Source of the DNA: a virus
Lineage: Duplodnaviria > Caudoviricetes
Length of the DNA stretch: 33,129 nucleotides
Reading direction: 5' to 3' (one strand)
Virus record (IMG/VR): IMGVR_UViG_3300031519_000117
Coordinates: 1-33,129 of that record
Position 1 is the stretch's first letter. Each line of letters begins with the position of its first letter. The notes beneath the pieces are model-generated. The model worked only from the letters and a program-made list of their open reading frames with translations. It was not told the origin of the DNA and did no database searches. The translations under genes were made by a program, and so were the position numbers. Positions 30,556 through 33,129 of this stretch are shown here, in pieces.

Positions 30556-31626
30556 ATGTTTCATCATCAAATTAAAAAAATTAATAACGATTTAAAACGT
30601 ACTAAACGAGCTATTATAAGTTTTGGATGTTCTTTTGTTGAAGGCCAAGGAGCAATTGATCAAGACCTATATGAAACTTCTGAATGGAGTATGGACCACG
30701 TTGGTATTCCAATGACTGCTAATTTATCAAAAAAAGAACGCGATAGACTATTAAAAACCAATCCGTTGTTATACACAAATTTACAAGGTGAAATTCAGTG
30801 GGAAAAAATGGAACAGAAGAATGCATTTGTAAATGTTTTATGTAACAAGTACTATGGTAATTCTTGGACACCTATTAATTTTGGTATTCGAGGAAGGGGC
30901 AATCGAGCATCGATAAGAAATTTATATTATTGGCCTGAGCTACAATTAAAACGTGCGAAAGAAATTATAGTTGTGTGGTCACCTAGTGGGATGGAAAGAT
31001 ATGATTTTGTAAATGACGTATTTGATGAGCATAATATGTTTCACACAGTATGGCCACATAAAAATCAAGACCATTTGCAAGGTCCGCGAAAGCAATTATG
31101 GGATGCCTATGCTGATGGTGTATACACTGAGAAGCAAGCAGTTCTTGAAACTATTGCAACTGCACTTGAACTAAAAAATTGGTGTACGGCACATAAAGCA
31201 AAATTAATTATTACTCCAGCGTTTGATGAAGGGTATACAAAAAAGAATATGATTCAGAGATTGAATGATATCTGCATAAGAAATGGTGACAATGTGTTGC
31301 AACGGCATTTTAGATCAGGCGAAAATTCAATGAAAGAAGCATTGCTTCGTAAAAAACAATATTATGCAGGGTATTCAGATACTATGACTAAGATTGTTGA
31401 ACAATGGCCGTGGGAAGATATGTTTAAGCCGCAGGATCAGTTAACGTTTGCTCAGTTGTGTACTAAGCAAGAAAAAGAACAAGTTCATTTTTGGGAATAC
31501 AGTGGAAAAGGCTCACCTAATGACTGGATAACAGTTTGTGCCCATCCTAGTGCTAAAGGTCACGATTTGTTTGCAGAGGAAATTTATAAAAAAATAGAAG
31601 GCGTTTATAAAAATGGGAACATTTAA
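30556..31626 (+). CDS. SGNH/GDSL-fold protein (putative O-acyltransferase/esterase)
   Basis: Block I FGCSFVEG, block II INFGIRGRGN and C-terminal HPSAKGHDLFAEEIY. Confidence 0.65.
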   Translation: MFHHQIKKINNDLKRTKRAIISFGCSFVEGQGAIDQDLYETSEWSMDHVGIPMTANLSKKERDRLLKTNPLLYTNLQGEIQWEKMEQKNAFVNVLCNKYYGNSWTPINFGIRGRGNRASIRNLYYWPELQLKRAKEIIVVWSPSGMERYDFVNDVFDEHNMFHTVWPHKNQDHLQGPRKQLWDAYADGVYTEKQAVLETIATALELKNWCTAHKAKLIITPAFDEGYTKKNMIQRLNDICIRNGDNVLQRHFRSGENSMKEALLRKKQYYAGYSDTMTKIVEQWPWEDMFKPQDQLTFAQLCTKQEKEQVHFWEYSGKGSPNDWITVCAHPSAKGHDLFAEEIYKKIEGVYKNGNI

Positions 31627-32410
31627 GTGGTCATCGGCTAAAAATTTACCTTGGTATTTTGATAGAAAAAAGTTTCAACAGTTAGGGTGGATAACCTTAC
31701 CAGATCATAGAGACAGCTCAGTAATTACTAATCATTTTGCAATGGGAGATACCTACCAGCTGTATAAGAAAAACAAGACAGCACTAGGACCTAATTGGCA
31801 TTATTTTAATAAGCAAATAACATACACTTGTAACTCACAAGGATACAGGGCACCCGAATTTGATACAGTTGATTGGAAAAACAGTATTGTAGTTTTTGGT
31901 TGTTCAATGGTAGCAGGTATAGGTGTTGATGATACAGAAACTATTACACATCAATTACATTTAAAATCAGGTCGACCTGTAATTAATATGGGAGCACCGG
32001 GTGCAGGCCTTGATGTTACTTTGTGGAATAATTTTATACTTAACTCACAATATCCAAAGCCTTGGGCAGTAGTAAACCTATTTACAAATTTTCATAGATT
32101 TTGTATATACAGAGAAAAGGATGTAAGTTATGTAGGTCCTTGGGACGACACTAATCCAGCATATACAAGTTATATGCAACACCCTAATCATAGTGTAATC
32201 AAAGCAATGCAACAAACAGACCAAGTTAAGTATATGTGGCAAGATACTAGAACATTTTATGGCTCGTTTTTTGACGAGTCAGCACACCACGCAAGCACAG
32301 ATCATAGATTGCTATTTCATAATACTGCTAGAGATCTTCAACACTGTGGTCTAAAAGATAATAAAAGAAATGCTGCACTAATTTGGTCGTATCTACAAAC
32401 TCCAGCTTGA
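31613..32410 (+). CDS. SGNH/GDSL-fold protein (putative O-acyltransferase/esterase)
   Basis: NSQGYR..EF preceding block I VFGCSMVAGIGV, block II INMGAPGAG and C-terminal DxxH (RDLQH). Confidence 0.7.
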   Translation: MGTFKWSSAKNLPWYFDRKKFQQLGWITLPDHRDSSVITNHFAMGDTYQLYKKNKTALGPNWHYFNKQITYTCNSQGYRAPEFDTVDWKNSIVVFGCSMVAGIGVDDTETITHQLHLKSGRPVINMGAPGAGLDVTLWNNFILNSQYPKPWAVVNLFTNFHRFCIYREKDVSYVGPWDDTNPAYTSYMQHPNHSVIKAMQQTDQVKYMWQDTRTFYGSFFDESAHHASTDHRLLFHNTARDLQHCGLKDNKRNAALIWSYLQTPA

Positions 32411-32435
32411 CAATAATAGTATAAGGTGTTATAAT
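32407..32435 (+). promoter_or_regulatory. Perfect sigma70 promoter TTGACA-N17-TATAAT with extended -10 (TGn)
   Basis: TTGACA at 32407-32412 (overlapping the upstream TGA stop), TG at 32427-32428 and TATAAT at 32430-32435. Confidence 0.85.
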
Positions 32436-32441
32436 TACAAG

Positions 32442-33119
32442 ATGTATGATATCGTTTTTATCAGTTATAATGAAGCATATGCTGAAGATAACTGGAATAT
32501 GTTAAAAAGTAGGTTTCCAACGGCTAAAAGAGTGGACGGAGTAAAAGGAATTCATCAAGCACATATTAAGGCAGCAAAGAAATGCTTTACTAAGATGATT
32601 TGGGTTGTTGATGCAGATGCTCAAATAGTTGATGACTTTGATTTTAGTTACGAAGTTGACAAATACTCACTGGATGCTGTACACGTTTGGAGAAGTAGAA
32701 ATCCTATAAACAGTCTTGAATACGGATATGGAGGAATTAAATTATTTCCTAGAAATTTAACACTAAAGATGGATATTACAAAAACAGATATGACTACTAG
32801 CATTAGTGACAAGTTTAATGCAATACCAGAGGTATCAAATATTACAGCATTTAATACAGATGAATATTCAACTTGGCGCAGTGCATTTAGAGAATGTGCT
32901 AAGTTAGCAAGTAAGACTATAGAGAGACAAAACGAGGAGGAAACAAATGAAAGACTTAGAATTTGGACAACAGTGGGAAAAGACAAACAGTTCGGCGAAT
33001 ATTGTATTAAAGGTGCTATCGCTGGCAGGGAGTTTGGGCTTTCTAGCAAGCCTAATTTACAATTAATAAACGACTTTGATTGGTTATATGAACAATTTTC
33101 AAAAAATACCGTGGAATAA
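32442..33119 (+). CDS. GT2-like (GT-A) glycosyltransferase, paralogue of the 25179 gene
   Basis: Motifs DIVFISYNE, RVDGVKGIHQAH, WVVDADA (DxD), YGYGGIK, TWRSAFRECAK and RLRIW, collinear with the 25179 protein. Confidence 0.72.
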   Translation: MYDIVFISYNEAYAEDNWNMLKSRFPTAKRVDGVKGIHQAHIKAAKKCFTKMIWVVDADAQIVDDFDFSYEVDKYSLDAVHVWRSRNPINSLEYGYGGIKLFPRNLTLKMDITKTDMTTSISDKFNAIPEVSNITAFNTDEYSTWRSAFRECAKLASKTIERQNEEETNERLRIWTTVGKDKQFGEYCIKGAIAGREFGLSSKPNLQLINDFDWLYEQFSKNTVE

Positions 33120-33129
33120 TATTACAGAG
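33088..33129 (+). CDS. Possible start of the next gene (3'-truncated; MNNFQKIPWNNITE...)
   Basis: ATG33088 opens a frame running off the window and overlapping the end of the 32442 gene, in keeping with the coupled operon. Only 14 codons are visible. Confidence 0.35.
   Translation, partial: MNNFQKIPWNNITE

Noticed and set aside
2316-33049. Numerous short minus-strand and out-of-frame ORFs (60-160 aa)
   Set aside because: All lie within longer plus-strand genes that have clear motifs, and none shows independent coding signals.
22916-33119. Bacterial LPS/capsule locus (i.e. host chromosome or a chimeric contig)
   Set aside because: Composition, strand and CATG avoidance are the same as in the phage structural genes, and no wzx/wzy/ABC transporter or membrane components are seen.
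1-33129. CRISPR array, tRNA/rRNA, IS element, intron/intein or DGR template-variable repeat pair
   Set aside because: I saw no nucleotide-level repeat arrays, no RNA-gene-sized intergenic space (largest gap 75 bp) and no transposase, reverse transcriptase or intein motifs. Similarity among the fibre paralogues is evident mainly at protein level.

Overview
AT-rich (roughly one-third G+C by eye), densely coding, all-plus-strand segment of a large T4-like/jumbo tailed phage genome. Bases 1-22500 form a late structural module. It holds a >5100-aa baseplate/tail protein whose frame is already open at base 1 (CBM-like, FG-GAP propeller and IPT/TIG-like domains), a 204-aa baseplate-type protein, three paralogous tail-fibre proteins with a shared N-terminal module and different tips, and a 327-aa structural protein. 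Three of these genes are preceded by T4-type late promoter motifs (NATAAATA). Bases 22576-33129 form a translationally coupled sugar-modification cluster: two pairs of paralogous GT-A glycosyltransferases, a GT-B/GT10-like protein, an N-terminal-Twitch radical SAM enzyme, an RmlB-like dehydratase, a 2OG-Fe(II) oxygenase and two SGNH-fold proteins, with two consensus sigma70 promoters, one apparently giving a leaderless mRNA. The main observations are (1) a candidate virion (tail-fibre/baseplate) glycosylation and glycan-tailoring system directly next to the fibre genes, and (2) an apparently complete absence of CATG from the whole window, maintained by synonymous codon choice. All family calls come from motif recognition by eye, not database searches.
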